Shown here piece after piece: positions 14,423-26,630 of a DNA stretch of 64,000 bases. This stretch comes from Azolla caroliniana (Eukaryota; Plantae; Polypodiophyta). The DNA lies in assembly GCA_043228905.1 (NCBI GenBank), contig JBHGNT010000001.1, forward strand, positions 31,992,001-32,056,000, read 5' to 3'. The position numbers and the translations under genes were made by a program. The notes beneath the pieces are model-generated. The model was given only the letters and a program-made list of their open reading frames with translations, made no database searches and was not told where the DNA came from. The first letter of the stretch is position 1. Each line of letters opens with the position of its first letter.

Positions 14423-14515
14423 CCTGCACAGATGCTTTGACCAAATTACCTCGCATGAACAACAAATAAATTTGGTCAAAGTTCGAGGCTCTTGATGAAG
14501 ATGTAGATGGAAGAC
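14423..14515 (+). pseudogene. Decayed 5' remnant of an EF-hand family gene
   Basis: gcacagatgctttgaccaaatt...gttcgaggctcttgatgaagatgtagatggaaga matches the first helix and EF loop (FEALDEDVDGR) and the remnant at 50392. Confidence 0.65.
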
Positions 14516-16231
14516 GTAGAGGCCAAGAGCTCCATCATTAATAGCATAAGAATTGGGATATGATGTGCATCCCCATCATTTGGACCATTCTCAATGAATA
14601 AACACCCATTGTGAAGGTCTTTAATACTAGTGGGTCAAAACGAAATGGTTTTAATGAAACCATGTATCCATCTCTAATCAAGCATCCCAACAAGTTTGGA
14701 AAGAATAAATGTTAACTAATACTTATGAATCAGGGTAAAAATGCTTTGTTTTCTCCTATGTGTGTGACTATATATATGTACTACATCTATAGAGCTAGTG
14801 TCTTAGAGGAGTCCATAACTGGTTGCATTCGAGTATGCAGCAATGGATGTTTTGATTTTGCTATGTTTGCATACATATATACCCTATGCCAAATACCATT
14901 TTCAGAAAACAAATGCATGTTTAGATCGTAAAAGTACAATGTGATCAATATGGTACTCAACCGTCATGGCTATTGTTTCCTTACATATGTGACTTTATTG
15001 GGAATCGGGATACAATCAATTAACTACATTGTAAACTGTAGTTCTCTACTTCCTTAAGTTTACTCTCTACATATTGATTACAATAACTCAATTATTTTAC
15101 AATTAAGGGACATGCCCGATTTATAGAATACTATATTTTTAGCTTTATATGGCAGAGTTGATACAATGTCCTTCTATATGTATAGCCACTTTATTTGTAC
15201 AAATTTTACATTTGTGTATTGTATAATTGCTATAATTCTTGTTAAATTCGTTTAGTACTTATAACTTCATTCCATATATTCATATTTGATTTAGTATAAT
15301 AACTAACTTCGTTGTACCATACAAATTTAGAATAATTATATATTGAGGGCATCCCACACAGTCATATGTAGATGGTTTTTTACTTATGTTTTCACATGTC
15401 CAATGATTCCAATGGACTTGGAAGAAAATTTACATTTGATCTTACCATCATAAACCCTGCCCCGCCCCGCCCCCACCCCAGCCTTTCAAATATTTCAACT
15501 CGAGTTTTTACTCACACCCAGTCCGTTTTGATTCTTTGGTGAGTTCCATGATTATCTAGCCTCGTTATCTTCGATACGGTTTGCCTTCCTTCTTTCGAGG
15601 ACCTTCGAATCGATGTCTTGTTTCATGCTCTATGTGTTTAGGTGTCGGGACTTTTGCTTCCACTACTCTTTATGTTAGTGAAAGATGGCTGGCCACATAA
15701 ATACATAAGTCTATGTGTGCCTTGTGTGTATGCATGTGTATATATGCATGTATGTGATTTATGAGGGTTCCACATATGTATATATATATATATACATACA
15801 TTATTACATATATATAGATATATATATTCTTTCTGCTCAAATGCGAGTTGTCTCCCCTGCATTTTTAATTCCTCGCAGAGCAGGAAGAAGAGGTCATCGA
15901 TTCTGTTCCCTCAATAACTTTCTTCTTTACATCCTCAGAGTTTACCGCATTTCTCCATAGATACGCTCTTCCTCTCTCTGATCCATACCTCTGCGCCTGA
16001 TGGATCGAATGAATGGGCTGATGGATCCATAAGGCTTGCAACTCACTTTGCATCTGGTGGATTCAGACATATTTTACTTGTCCGTCCATTGATCTTGAAA
16101 CATTATTGACGATACGCCATTGCGCGCCTAAATGTTTGGTACCAATCAATCAGAGGGAGGGCCTCCAAGCCACCTCTTCTGATCGTTTCTTCCCTCTAAA
16201 TACACCGGGCCCATTTCGCAGTGGATAAGAC

Positions 16232-17054
16232 ATGTCGACCTTAAGCCAAGAAATACATGAGGCTGGGCAAATATTCTTCCAGGGATTGATGCCACACGAA
16301 AAGCAACAGCTTTGGTACAGATTCATGGAACTGGATGAAAATGGAGATGGGAGAATCACGGTCCAGGAGATTCTAAACAAGCATAGGATCCTCAACGGAG
16401 GAGCTGTACATGATAGGGTTAGGATGCTGTTTCCCTTGGTGGACGAAGACCAAAACGGCGTCCTTGACTATGATGAGTGCAAGACACTCTTCTTTCTGTT
16501 CGTCTGCGGATATTTTTGCGGTGCGTGCAGGCGTCTGATAATGTATGATGGCGTCCATTGCCTAGATTGCTTACTCGACCTTTGCTCTTCCTGTTCTCAT
16601 GGCCATCACCATCGCCGCCGCTTTGAAGCCCTTCCGCCTTTGCTGAGTAGCCTCCCCCAGGGGCAGTTTCTTCCTCCTGATCCCGCCCATCAACCACGGG
16701 ACACCACCGGCCAGCAGGTGAGAAAATTAACATCATAAAACACACACACTCACACACACACACACACAGAGTAACTCCTCTGGACCCAAATTAAACTACC
16801 ACAACCTCATTCTTATCTTTGTCATGATTATCCAACCACATTTCTATTTCTACCACATCGCCCTTGTATACGCCATTGCTAATAACATTTGCCCCCTCCC
16901 TTGTATATCCTGATTGCAGATGAACACTACCACCGACCACAGTCGAGGCTTCAGGAGGAGGACATTGAGGACATTGTCTAACGTGGTTATGGTCATGGTC
17001 GTGAATACTGTCTCTAACGTCACGAGTCTGGCCAGTTTGTGTTCTATTATGTGA
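16232..17054 (+). CDS. EF-hand/ZZ-like/CaaX family copy 3 (~206 aa, ends CSIM)
   Basis: Exons 16232-16717 and 16920-17054. EF loops DENGDGRITVQE and DEDQNGVLDYDE; CGAC..CLDC.LDLCSSC; last exon MNTTTDHSRGFRRRTLRTLSNVVMVMVVNTVSNVTSLASLCSIM*. Confidence 0.85.
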
Positions 17055-17449
17055 AGTACAACAGATAGAGAATAGGTTGGAGTGATTGATATGGTATCCA
17101 TGTACCATCCATAACAATATGAATTCAAGCTCCTTACAATAATGATTCCATGAGAGGACATATTCACAAATCTGAACATATTAATTATTCAAATAAACTT
17201 TATTGTATATATTTTACCATAATCAATCCATCACAAATCTATGTGTACTTATTAATTATTGTTATTAACAATTGGATTATGATGGCCATCTTATAGTTTG
17301 GACTATACTGAATGAAATATGTAGAGGTCTCACATAACAAAAGGTCAAAAACTTGCAATTCATCTCTGATAAATATTTCCTTAACGTTACCAGCAATAGG
17401 GTACTAAGTAAACCTCATACTCTAAATCTCAATGCTCTCCTCCTTGCAA

Positions 17450-17576
17450 TCAGACTTACTAGGATTAGAAAGATATCTGCTTATGACACCAACAACGACA
17501 CTAATGACGATAATATCTGGTCTTGTATTATTACCCATAGCATACATTAAGGAACCAAATGGTGAAGTGTAAGGGA
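17450..17576 (-). mobile_element. Ty1/copia reverse transcriptase fragment
   Basis: Minus-strand translation PYTSPFGSLMYAMGNNTRPDII..VVGVISRYLSNP matches the copia RT motif GSLMYAM.CTRPDI...VGVVSRYMSNP. Confidence 0.75.
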
Positions 17577-17964
17577 AATGACAAAGAAGTTCCGGGACGC
17601 GGGCGGCAAAAACCCAGAGACCTTGCAAGCAACACTGCTCGCCCGTAGCAATGCTCGCCTTAGCCATTATCACCCGCCGAATTACACTGTTCAAAGATCG
17701 CTCTAGCCATTTCCCTACTGCTTCCTGGCCGAAAATGATTGAAATGAAGAATTGAAGACATCCCTTCTTTTTCTTGCTCGGTATGTGGATAATAGTTTCT
17801 ACGCAATTTGAAATGACTAGCTTCAATCCTGTTATCCAGAAGATTTGGCTTATGAATATCCTCATGGTCTTGGTCTTTATTGGAAGAATCTCCATGTATT
17901 GCATCTTCTATGGTCGGGACGAGGGCAAAATCAATAAGACCATTGTTTTGTCTTCAATGTTTTG

Positions 17965-18112
17965 ATCTTCAACAAATACTATATCACGACTTTCCTAAAA
18001 GAGTTCGAGGCAACATTTGGGGATACAGATCGCCTTCGAACAAGCCTTACCAAACTCTATTCATTACATCAAGGTAAGCGTCCGGTCTCCGTTTATGCAT
18101 CTAAATTTAGAC
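17965..18112 (+). mobile_element. Ty3/gypsy gag fragment (second copy at ~26848-26995)
   Basis: FLKEFEATFGDTDRLRTSLTKLYSLHQGKRPVSVYASKFR is a retrotransposon gag QG..SV..Y..F motif. It is duplicated downstream of copy 4. Confidence 0.7.
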
Positions 18113-18795
18113 CAGAGAACAAGAAAGGGAGGGAGAGAGAGAGAGATAGAGAAAATAGACAAGAGAATAAGAACTGAATTATGCTTTCGTAACTAGTGTT
18201 GTTCACCTTGACTAAGGCCCTTGTATTTATACATGTTGTTCAAGATTCTAGAAGCTTCTAAAATCTCCTACATGTAGAATAAATAATCTACAATAATATA
18301 CGAAGGTAACATGATCATGTATTAGATGTGTAATCTACATTAAACCCTAACTCGGTCGTCTTGGCTAGAGCCATTGTAATGTTGTTAGCCTAATCAGGTC
18401 GTCATGTATGCATAAATTTACTAACGAAGCATTTTTTGTTTGGGAAAATAAAGAAAAACGAAATTCATTTAAATAATCAAAGACACAATTACCTTCTTTA
18501 TACATTAAATGCATTGATCTTTTAAGAAAAAACAATTTATTATTACTTGTCTTAGATGCATATAAAGTTTCCGAGTTTGTTCCCTAAAGCTTTGACATTA
18601 GTTTCATTCACAAGAGGGTTTAAATATAGTATCTCCTACCCATTGTTGGTTTGCATTTGCGTCCATACGAAAGTGCTAAGACAGGGCATTGATTGAATAC
18701 CCGAGAGCACTTTACATTTATATAAGACAAAGGTTATCTTGTGAAAATTATTGAAGGAAGAAAGCAAAATATGCAAGAAAAATTTATGCACTATA

Positions 18796-19560
18796 TACTT
18801 TCGAAAACCTTGAAATCAATGTCTTGTTGCATGCTCCATGTGTTTAGGTGTCCGGACTTCTATTGGCCACAGAAATACACAATTCTCTATGTATGCTATT
18901 TGTGTATGTATGTGTGCAGCATGCATGTATATGTATCATAATATGTATATGTATGTAGGTATGATTTGGTGTATGTGATTTATGTAGGTTCCACCATAAC
19001 TATGCTTTCTTCTTAGCTCAAATGCGTGTTGTCTCCTCTGCATTTTTTTAATTCCTCACCGAGTAAGAAGAAGAAGAAGAGGTCATCAATTCTTATTCCC
19101 TCCCACCACGATTCCTCAAATTTGGAATATCTTAATTTTGTTCATGTATGCAAAAGTCAACCGCCCCCCCATTTTATCCATGGCTACTCGCAATCCCTCT
19201 GTCTCATCCATAGCCCTGCGCATCAGCTTGATCAAATGAATGGCTTGCTGCTCACCTTTTGCATCTCATGGATTCAACGCATGTTTTACTTGTCAGTCAT
19301 TGATGTTCAGACATTAATTATTTACGATCCAGCCTGCCATTGTGCGACACTCTTTGGATGCGGATGAATTAAATTCTGTGAATAAATTCCCCCCGCAGTT
19401 CCGCCCTAGTAACTTCTTCAAGTTTTGAGTGATTAATATGGTATTCATGTACCATCAATAACAATATGAATTCAATATCCTTACAATAAGCATTGATTCT
19501 ATGAGGACATATTAACAAATCTGTACTTCTTATTTATTCAAATAAAGTTTATCCTATATA
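18796..19560 (+). pseudogene. 'Empty' family cassette: upstream region joined directly to the 3' UTR, whole CDS deleted
   Basis: 18796-19394 matches the upstream region of copies 1, 2 and 6 up to ctgtgaataaattcccc. About 25 bp of filler follows, then agttttgagtgatt...aaataaa, the conserved family 3' UTR. Confidence 0.8.
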
Positions 19561-20479
19561 TTTTACCATAATCAATCCATCACAAATCTATCTGTACTTA
19601 TTAACATGACAATGGGAATCTGATCTTCATCTCATCATTTCAATCATATTGAATGAAATGAACATCCATTGTACATGTCTCACATAACAGTAGGTCAAAA
19701 ATTTGCAAAAAGCCTCTCATAAGTATTTTCTTAACGTTTTGAGCAATAGGGCAATGAATAAACCTCATGCCAATTTCCAATGCTCTCCTAGTTTAGGCTG
19801 AACCAATTGGTTGTTCGTCCCCCAATCACCAATTTACATATAAATAACTTTGCACAACCTTACTCACACAACCTTGCCTCTTTGGTGAAATATTGATATC
19901 TCAAAGGAAACGGTTTAAATGAAACCATGTTTCCATCTCCAATCGAGCATTCAAGAAGCTCGGAAAGAATAATTATTACGATTACTTAAAAATCACAGTA
20001 AAAAAAAGCATTGTTTTCTCCTATGTGTGTCGACTATATATACTACATCGATAAAGCTTGTGTCTTAGAGGATTCAAGCTTTTGCCTTAGAGGATTCCAT
20101 GACTAGCATTGAAGTATGAAGCAATGGATATTGTGATTTCACTATGTTGCATATATATATACCCTATCTCAAGTACGATTTTGAGAAAACAAATGCCTGT
20201 ATATATTGTGAAACTATGATTTAGTTGGAATGGTACTCAACTGCAATGGGTATTATCTCCTCACATATGTGAGTTTATTGGGATGCAATTGCTTAACAAC
20301 ATTGTCAATTATGTAAATTATTGATTTTGATAGTCTTGTACTTATGAAGTTTACTTTGTACATGTAGATTATACTACCACAATTTTACAATGAAGGGATG
20401 TGTGTGGTTTGTATAATATTGTAGTTTAAGCTATATATCTTGGAGTTAATACTAATGTCTTTCTTAAGGTTTTGCCTTC

Positions 20480-20745
20480 CAAAGGTGACAACTAGCAAGA
20501 TAGTATTAGATGGTGGTTTTTAAGAGATTTTAATCATTCCATTGATATTTTTTGACAAGATAAGTTTTTTAGAGGTATCATGAAGGCATGGTGGAACTTG
20601 AAACATAACTTGGTCCAATGTCTACCATCATGTATGGAGGAATGGTTGTGCCAACCCCTCATAATAAACCCATTATTTCTATTAGAAGAGGGGATAATGT
20701 TAGGGAAAAGAAATAGGTTGAAGTGGGGCTAATTTTGATAGAGGA
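20480..20745 (+). mobile_element. Possible LINE ORF2 C-terminal fragment (also at ~29390-29620 and ~36450-36720)
   Basis: Translates FRGIMKAWWNLKHNLVQCLPSCMEEWLCQPLIINPLF, reminiscent of plant L1 ORF2 tails. The assignment is from memory only. Confidence 0.4.
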
Positions 20746-21067
20746 GAAAGATTAGTAAGGATTTGGCTGAATTTTTCTTATTCAACGATGGAAAACAAAA
20801 CTCATGCTTGTCATACAATTTGGGGTGGGAACGTAATGTATGCATAAATCAATAGAGTGTTTACGATGTCTTCCTTTCAGCCTTCTCAAATTAGTCTATT
20901 TTGGTATGGTATGTTTTCAACTTTATATGTCTTGTTGGGTGTAAGGGGTTTTAAAAACTCTTGTCACTGTTTTATTTCGATGTTTTGAATTTTAAACAAC
21001 TTCATTCTATCCATATGGAAGATGACTTTGTAACTCAAGGGAATATGTTGTCGACTCTCTAACTGCT

Positions 21068-21137
<70 letters not shown>

Positions 21138-21470
21138 AAGTTTGGGGAGAAAGATTAGTAAGGATTTGGCTGAATTTTTCTTATTCAACGATGGAAAACA
21201 AAACTCATGCTTGTCATACAATTTGGGGTGGGAACGTAATGTATGCATAAATCAATAGAGTGTTTACGATGTCTTCCTTTCAGCCTTCTCAAATTAGTCT
21301 ATTTTGGTATGGTATGTTTTCAACTTTATATGTCTTGTTGGGTGTAAGGGGTTTTAAAAACTCTTGTCACTGTTTTATTTCGATGTTTTGAATTTTAAAC
21401 AACTTCATTCTATCCATATGGAAGATGACTTTGTAACTCAAGGGAATATGTTGTCGACTCTCTAACTGCT

Positions 21471-21534
<64 letters not shown>

Positions 21535-21870
21535 ACCCAAGTTTGGGGAGAAAGATTAGTAAGGATTTGGCTGAATTTTTCTTATTCAACGATGGAAAAC
21601 AAAACTCATGCTTGTCATACAATTTGGGGTGGGAACGTAATGTATGCATAAATCAATAGAGTGTTTACGATGTCTTCCTTTCAGCCTTCTCAAATTAGTC
21701 TATTTTGGTATGGTATGTTTTCAACTTTATATGTCTTGTTGGGTGTAAGGGGTTTTAAAAACTCTTGTCACTGTTTTATTTCGATGTTTTGAATTTTAAA
21801 CAACTTCATTCTATCCATATGGAAGATGACTTTGTAACTCAAGGGAATATGTTGTCGACTCTCTAACTGC

Positions 21871-21917
<47 letters not shown>

Positions 21918-21927
21918 ACCCAAGTTT
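20745..21927. repeat. Three near-identical ~400-bp tandem units, each ending in (CT)n(CA)n
   Basis: gattagtaaggatttggctg occurs at 20750, 21153 and 21554. Units differ mainly in microsatellite length. Confidence 0.92.
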
Positions 21928-21959
21928 GTAGTTGTTGGGCTCAAAAAACGCTAACTCTT

Positions 21960-22317
21960 TTGTTTAGGAGGACATAGATGATATTTATCGTTGTTTGTTG
22001 GAAATGCAGGCTGTTTCAGAAGGCCGTTCAAGCCTTGGCATTGATTGAGTTGTTCCTAAGGTATTGCAGAGGAATTTGAAGACTTTTAGAATTGAGGGCT
22101 TTTGTTTTTCCTATCGTGTGGGACATTATAACAAGATGTTCTGTTCAATGTGTAGCCTCCTTTGTGAAGATTGCAGAGAAATCAATTCATTCTCTTTTAT
22201 CATTCTCATTATTACCATGTATCCAGGCGATGGGTAAAAAAGTCATAGCAAGCTGTGGTGGTTCTTGGTTTTGGACGGAAAGCGTGGATATTTTCATAAC
22301 TACGAACGTGAATGGGC
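21960..22317 (+). pseudogene. PRS 3' fragment 2 (last intron end, last exon and 3' UTR), interrupted by a solo LTR
   Basis: gcaggctgtttcagaaggccgttcaagccttggcattgattga is near-identical to 13415-13457. Homology resumes at 23276. Confidence 0.85.
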
Positions 22318-22926
22318 TGTTGGTAGACAGGTCCCTCCGGATGGAAAGGGAGAAGAACAGTGCCGACGAACAAACTCGGCCGAGGCCGAAACGGTATGAA
22401 CCGGATGGGGAGAACCCGACTGCGGAGAGTCGGATGGTGAAGGCCCGACTGCGGAAAGCCGGATGAGGAGTACCCGACTGCGGAGAGTCGGATGGTGAAG
22501 GCCCGACTGCGGAAAGCCGGATGAGGAGTACCCGACTGCGGAGAGTCGGATGGTGAAGGCCCGACTGCGGAAAGCCGGATGAGGAGTACCCAACTGCGGA
22601 GAGTCGGATGGTGAAGGCCCGACTGCGGAAAGCCGGATGAGGAGTACCCGACTGCGGAGAGTCGGATGGTGAAGGCCCGACTGCGGAAAGCCGGATGAGG
22701 AGTACCCGACTGCGGAGAGTCGGATTGTGTAGGCCCGGTATGAACCGGATGAGGAGTAACCGACTGCGGAGAGCCGGATGGAGCCCATCGAGGCTACATT
22801 TGTAAATAGCTGAAAAGTCATATTAGTATAAATATGACTTAGGGCAAACTTTTAGTTATGTGTGTGTTGTCATTCTTGTTGTTATTCCTTCTTGTGTGTG
22901 CAAGAAGAAATCAGAGCGCGTAACTG

Positions 22927-22999
<73 letters not shown>

Positions 23000-23275
23000 G
23001 AGGTCGTTGCCTCTGTTGTAATCGCCGCCTGTGGCGAAGATCTGAGAGCACGAGGTCGTTGCCTCAGTGGTCTCACTGTTGTATATTTCTACATAGTGAC
23101 AGTTTGCAGCTTGTGGGCTGCCGTGGTTTTTCCCCTATTTTGGGGTTTTCCACGTATACCTCCTGTGTACCATTTCTCCTCTTTTGTGTCGCGTTTCATT
23201 ACCTGTTTTTCTGTGTATGTAAAGAATCTCGGTTGTGGCCGAGGGTCGGACATAAGGAACGTCAAGTTCCCAACA
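22318..23275 (+). mobile_element. Solo LTR (958 bp) with 5-bp target-site duplication
   Basis: Starts TGTTGG and ends CCAACA, flanked by TGGGC at 22313-22317 and 23276-23280. The paralogous empty site atgggcgatg is at ~13721. Contains a TATA (tataaat ~22827) and (GA)n. Confidence 0.9.
22415..22790. repeat. 58-bp GC-rich minisatellite (two alternating 29-bp subunits) inside the LTR
   Basis: Units start at 22415, 22473, 22531, 22589, 22647 and 22705: cccgactgcggagagtcggatggtgaagg + cccgactgcggaaagccggatgaggagta. Confidence 0.92.
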
Positions 23276-23956
23276 TGGGCGATGTTTGTGAGTGCTTGTA
23301 ATATGTACACATGTCTACTAGAGTACCCATGTGCGCCTAATGTAGATCGTTCAGATCATGCCTTTCCCCTTGTCTTTTAATATAAAAGCAAAAGCTCATA
23401 TGATATTCTCTTTTAAAATTCTTCAATTTCATATGCCTCATTTACAAATTTTTCAATTTGATATGCCACAAATAAATGCGGCCATGCAATGAACAATCGA
23501 AGGACATAAAGTAAAAGTTGGCCAACTTATTCTACTTTGTAATAGTAAACATAAGAAATGATGGAATAGAACACCCCACTTTTGGTAGGGTCATTTCCAC
23601 TTTGAAATCGTTGATCCGCTGACAAGTGAATGAATATTAGACATCCTGTAAACACAAATAAATAAGCAAAAGCAACAAAAGTAAGGTGCAGAATAGAATG
23701 CATGAAATTTCTTCTTTGAATGTATTCTTTGCATGTTCATTGTTGTTTTGGCAAATTTCATTCCATGTAATATTTGCAATATTGGTGTTGTACTTCCCCA
23801 TAATATTTAATGATGGGATTAGATAATGATTCCAACTGCTATTATACGTTAACCTTGATGGAAATGTAAGTTCCTTCAGACCCTGGACTTGGAAGAGCGG
23901 ACATTAGGAAATGAGATACTTGTACCTGCTCCTATATTACCATCTTGATCATGTTA

Positions 23957-24049
23957 CTTGCACAGATGCTTTGACCAAATTGCCTCGCATGAACAACAAA
24001 TAAATTTGGTCAAAGTTCGAGGCTCTTGATGAAGATGGAGATGGAAGAC
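23957..24049 (+). pseudogene. Decayed 5' remnant of an EF-hand family gene (duplicate of 14423)
   Basis: gttcgaggctcttgatgaagatggagatggaaga encodes FEALDEDGDGR. Confidence 0.65.
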
Positions 24050-25269
24050 TTAGAGGCCAAGTGCTTCATCATTAATAGCATAAGAATTGGAATATGATGT
24101 GCATCCCATCATTTGGACCATTCCCAATGAATAAACACCCATTGTGAAGGTCTTTAATACTAGTGGGTCAAAACGAAATGGTTTTAATGAAACCATGTAT
24201 CCATCTCTAATCAATCATCCAGTTTGGAAAGAATAAATGCTAACTAATACTTATGAATCACGGTAAAAATGCTTTGTTTTCTCCTATGTGTGTGACTATA
24301 TATGTACTACATCTATAGAGCTACTGTTTTAGAGGAGTCCATAACTGGTTGCATTCCAGTATGAAGCAATGGATGTTTTGATTTCGCTATGTTTGCATAC
24401 ATATATACCGTATGCCAAATACTATTTTCAGAAAACAAATGCATGTTTAGATCGTAAAAGTACAATGTGATCAATATGGTGGTCAACCATGATGGTTATG
24501 ACATATGTGACTTTATTGGGAATCGGGATACAATCAATTAACTACATTGTAAAGTGTAGTTATCTACTTCATAAGTTTACTTTCTACATATAGATTACTC
24601 TTACTCAATTATTTTACAATTAAGGGACATGCCCGATTTATAGAATACTATATTTTTGGCTTTATATGGCAGAGTTGATACAATGTCCTTCTATTATGTA
24701 TAGCCACTTTATTTGTACAAATTTTACATTTGTGTATTGTATAATTGCTATAATTCTTGTTAAATTCGTTTAGTACTTAAAACTTCATTCCATATATTCA
24801 TATTTGATTTAGTATAACTAACCTCGTTGTACCATACAAATTTAGAATAACTATATATTAAACTCATCCCACACAGTCATATGTAGATAGTTTTTTACTT
24901 ATCTTTTCATATGTCCAATGATTCGGATGGAGTTGGAAGAAAATTTACATTTGATCTTAGCATCATTTGCCCCGCCCCGCCCCCACCGCAACCTTTCAAA
25001 TATTTCAACTCGAGTTTTTACTTGCACCCAGTCCGTTTTGATTCTTTGGTGAGTTCCTTGATTATCTAGCCTTGTTATCTTTGATATGGTTTGCCTTCCT
25101 TTTTCGAGGAGCTTCGAATCGATGTCTTGTTTCATGGTCTATGTGTTTAGGTGTCCGGACTTTTGTTTCCAATACTCTTTATGTTAGTGAAAGAAGGCTG
25201 CCCACACAAATACTATAAGTCTATGTGTGCCTTGTGTGTATGCATGTGATTTATGTCGGTTCCAGCATA

Positions 25270-25303
<34 letters not shown>

Positions 25304-25752
25304 GATATATATATACATATATTCTTTCTGCTCAAATGCGAGTTGTCTCCTCTGCATTTTTAATTCCTCGCAGAGCAAGAAGAAGAGGTCATCGATTCTG
25401 TCCCCTCAATAACATTCTTCTTTACATCCTCAAAGTTTACCCCATTTCTCCATAGATACGCTCTTCCTCTCTCTGATCTATACCTCTGCGCTCAATCATT
25501 CGAATTGATGGCCTGATGGATCCATGAGGCTTGCAACTCACCTCGCATATTTTACTTGTTCGTCCATTGATCTTGAAACATTATTGACGATACGCCATTG
25601 CGCGCGAGAATCTGGATACAGATGATCTGTGAATAAATTCCCCACCACCTAAATTTTTGGTACCAATCAATCGGAGGGAGGGCCTCTAAGCCACCTCTTC
25701 TGATCGTTTCTTCCCTCTAAAAACACCGGACCCATTTGGCAGTGGATCAGAC

Positions 25753-26630
25753 ATGTTGACCTTAGGCCAAGAAATACATGAGGCTGGGCAAAGATTCTTC
25801 GACGGATTGAGGCCACACGAAAAGCAAGCGCTTTTGTACAGATTCACGGAACTGGATGAAAATAGAGACGGGAGAATCACGATTCAGGAGCTTCTAAACA
25901 GGCATAGGATCCTCAACGGAGGAGCTGTAGATCATAGGGTTATGATGCTGTTTCCCTTGCTGGACAATGACCGAAACGGCGTCCTTGACAACGATGAGTG
26001 CAAGGCACTCTTCTTTGTGTTCGCCTGCGGACATTTTTGCGGTGCGTGCAGGCGTCTCATAATCTATGATGGCGTCCATTGCCTAGACTGCTTACTCGAC
26101 CTTTGCTCTTCCTGTTCTCGTGGCCATCACCATCACAGCTACAGCCATCACCATCACCATCACCATCACCATCACCATCACCATCACCATCACCATCACC
26201 ATCACCATCGCTTCCAAACCCTTCCGCCTTTGCTTAGTAACCTCCCCCAGCCGCAGTTTCATCATCCTGATCCCGCCCATGAACAACAACTTGTAGCACC
26301 GGTCACCACCGCCGACGAGGTGAGAAAACTAACATCATAAAACAAGCACACTCACAGACACAGAGTAACTCCTCTGGACCCAAATTAAACTACCACAACC
26401 TCATTCTTATCTTTGTCGTGATGATCCAACCACATTTCTATTTCTACCACATCTCCCTTGTATACGCCATTGCTAATAACATTTGCCCCCTCCCTTGTAT
26501 ATCCTGATTGCAGATGAACACTACCACCGACCACAGTCGAAGGAAGAGGTGGAGATTGTCTACGGTGGTTATGGTCGTGAATACTGTCTCTAACGTCATG
26601 ACTCTGGCTAGTTTGTGTTCTATTATGTGA
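25753..26630 (+). CDS. EF-hand/ZZ-like/CaaX family copy 4 with a 21-His tract (~227 aa, ends CSIM)
   Basis: Exons 25753-26319 and 26514-26630. (CATCAC)n at 26146-26208 encodes 21 His. Last exon MNTTTDHSRRKRWRLSTVVMVVNTVSNVMTLASLCSIM*. Confidence 0.85.

Noticed and set aside
22415-22790. Palindromic 29-bp repeats resembling a CRISPR array
   Set aside because: There are no unique spacers, only two alternating subunits. The repeats lie inside a TSD-flanked plant LTR, and no cas genes are present.
22092-23380. ORFs of 124-173 aa (22092+, 22300-, 22862+)
   Set aside because: These are artefacts of the GC-rich minisatellite and (GA)n inside the solo LTR.
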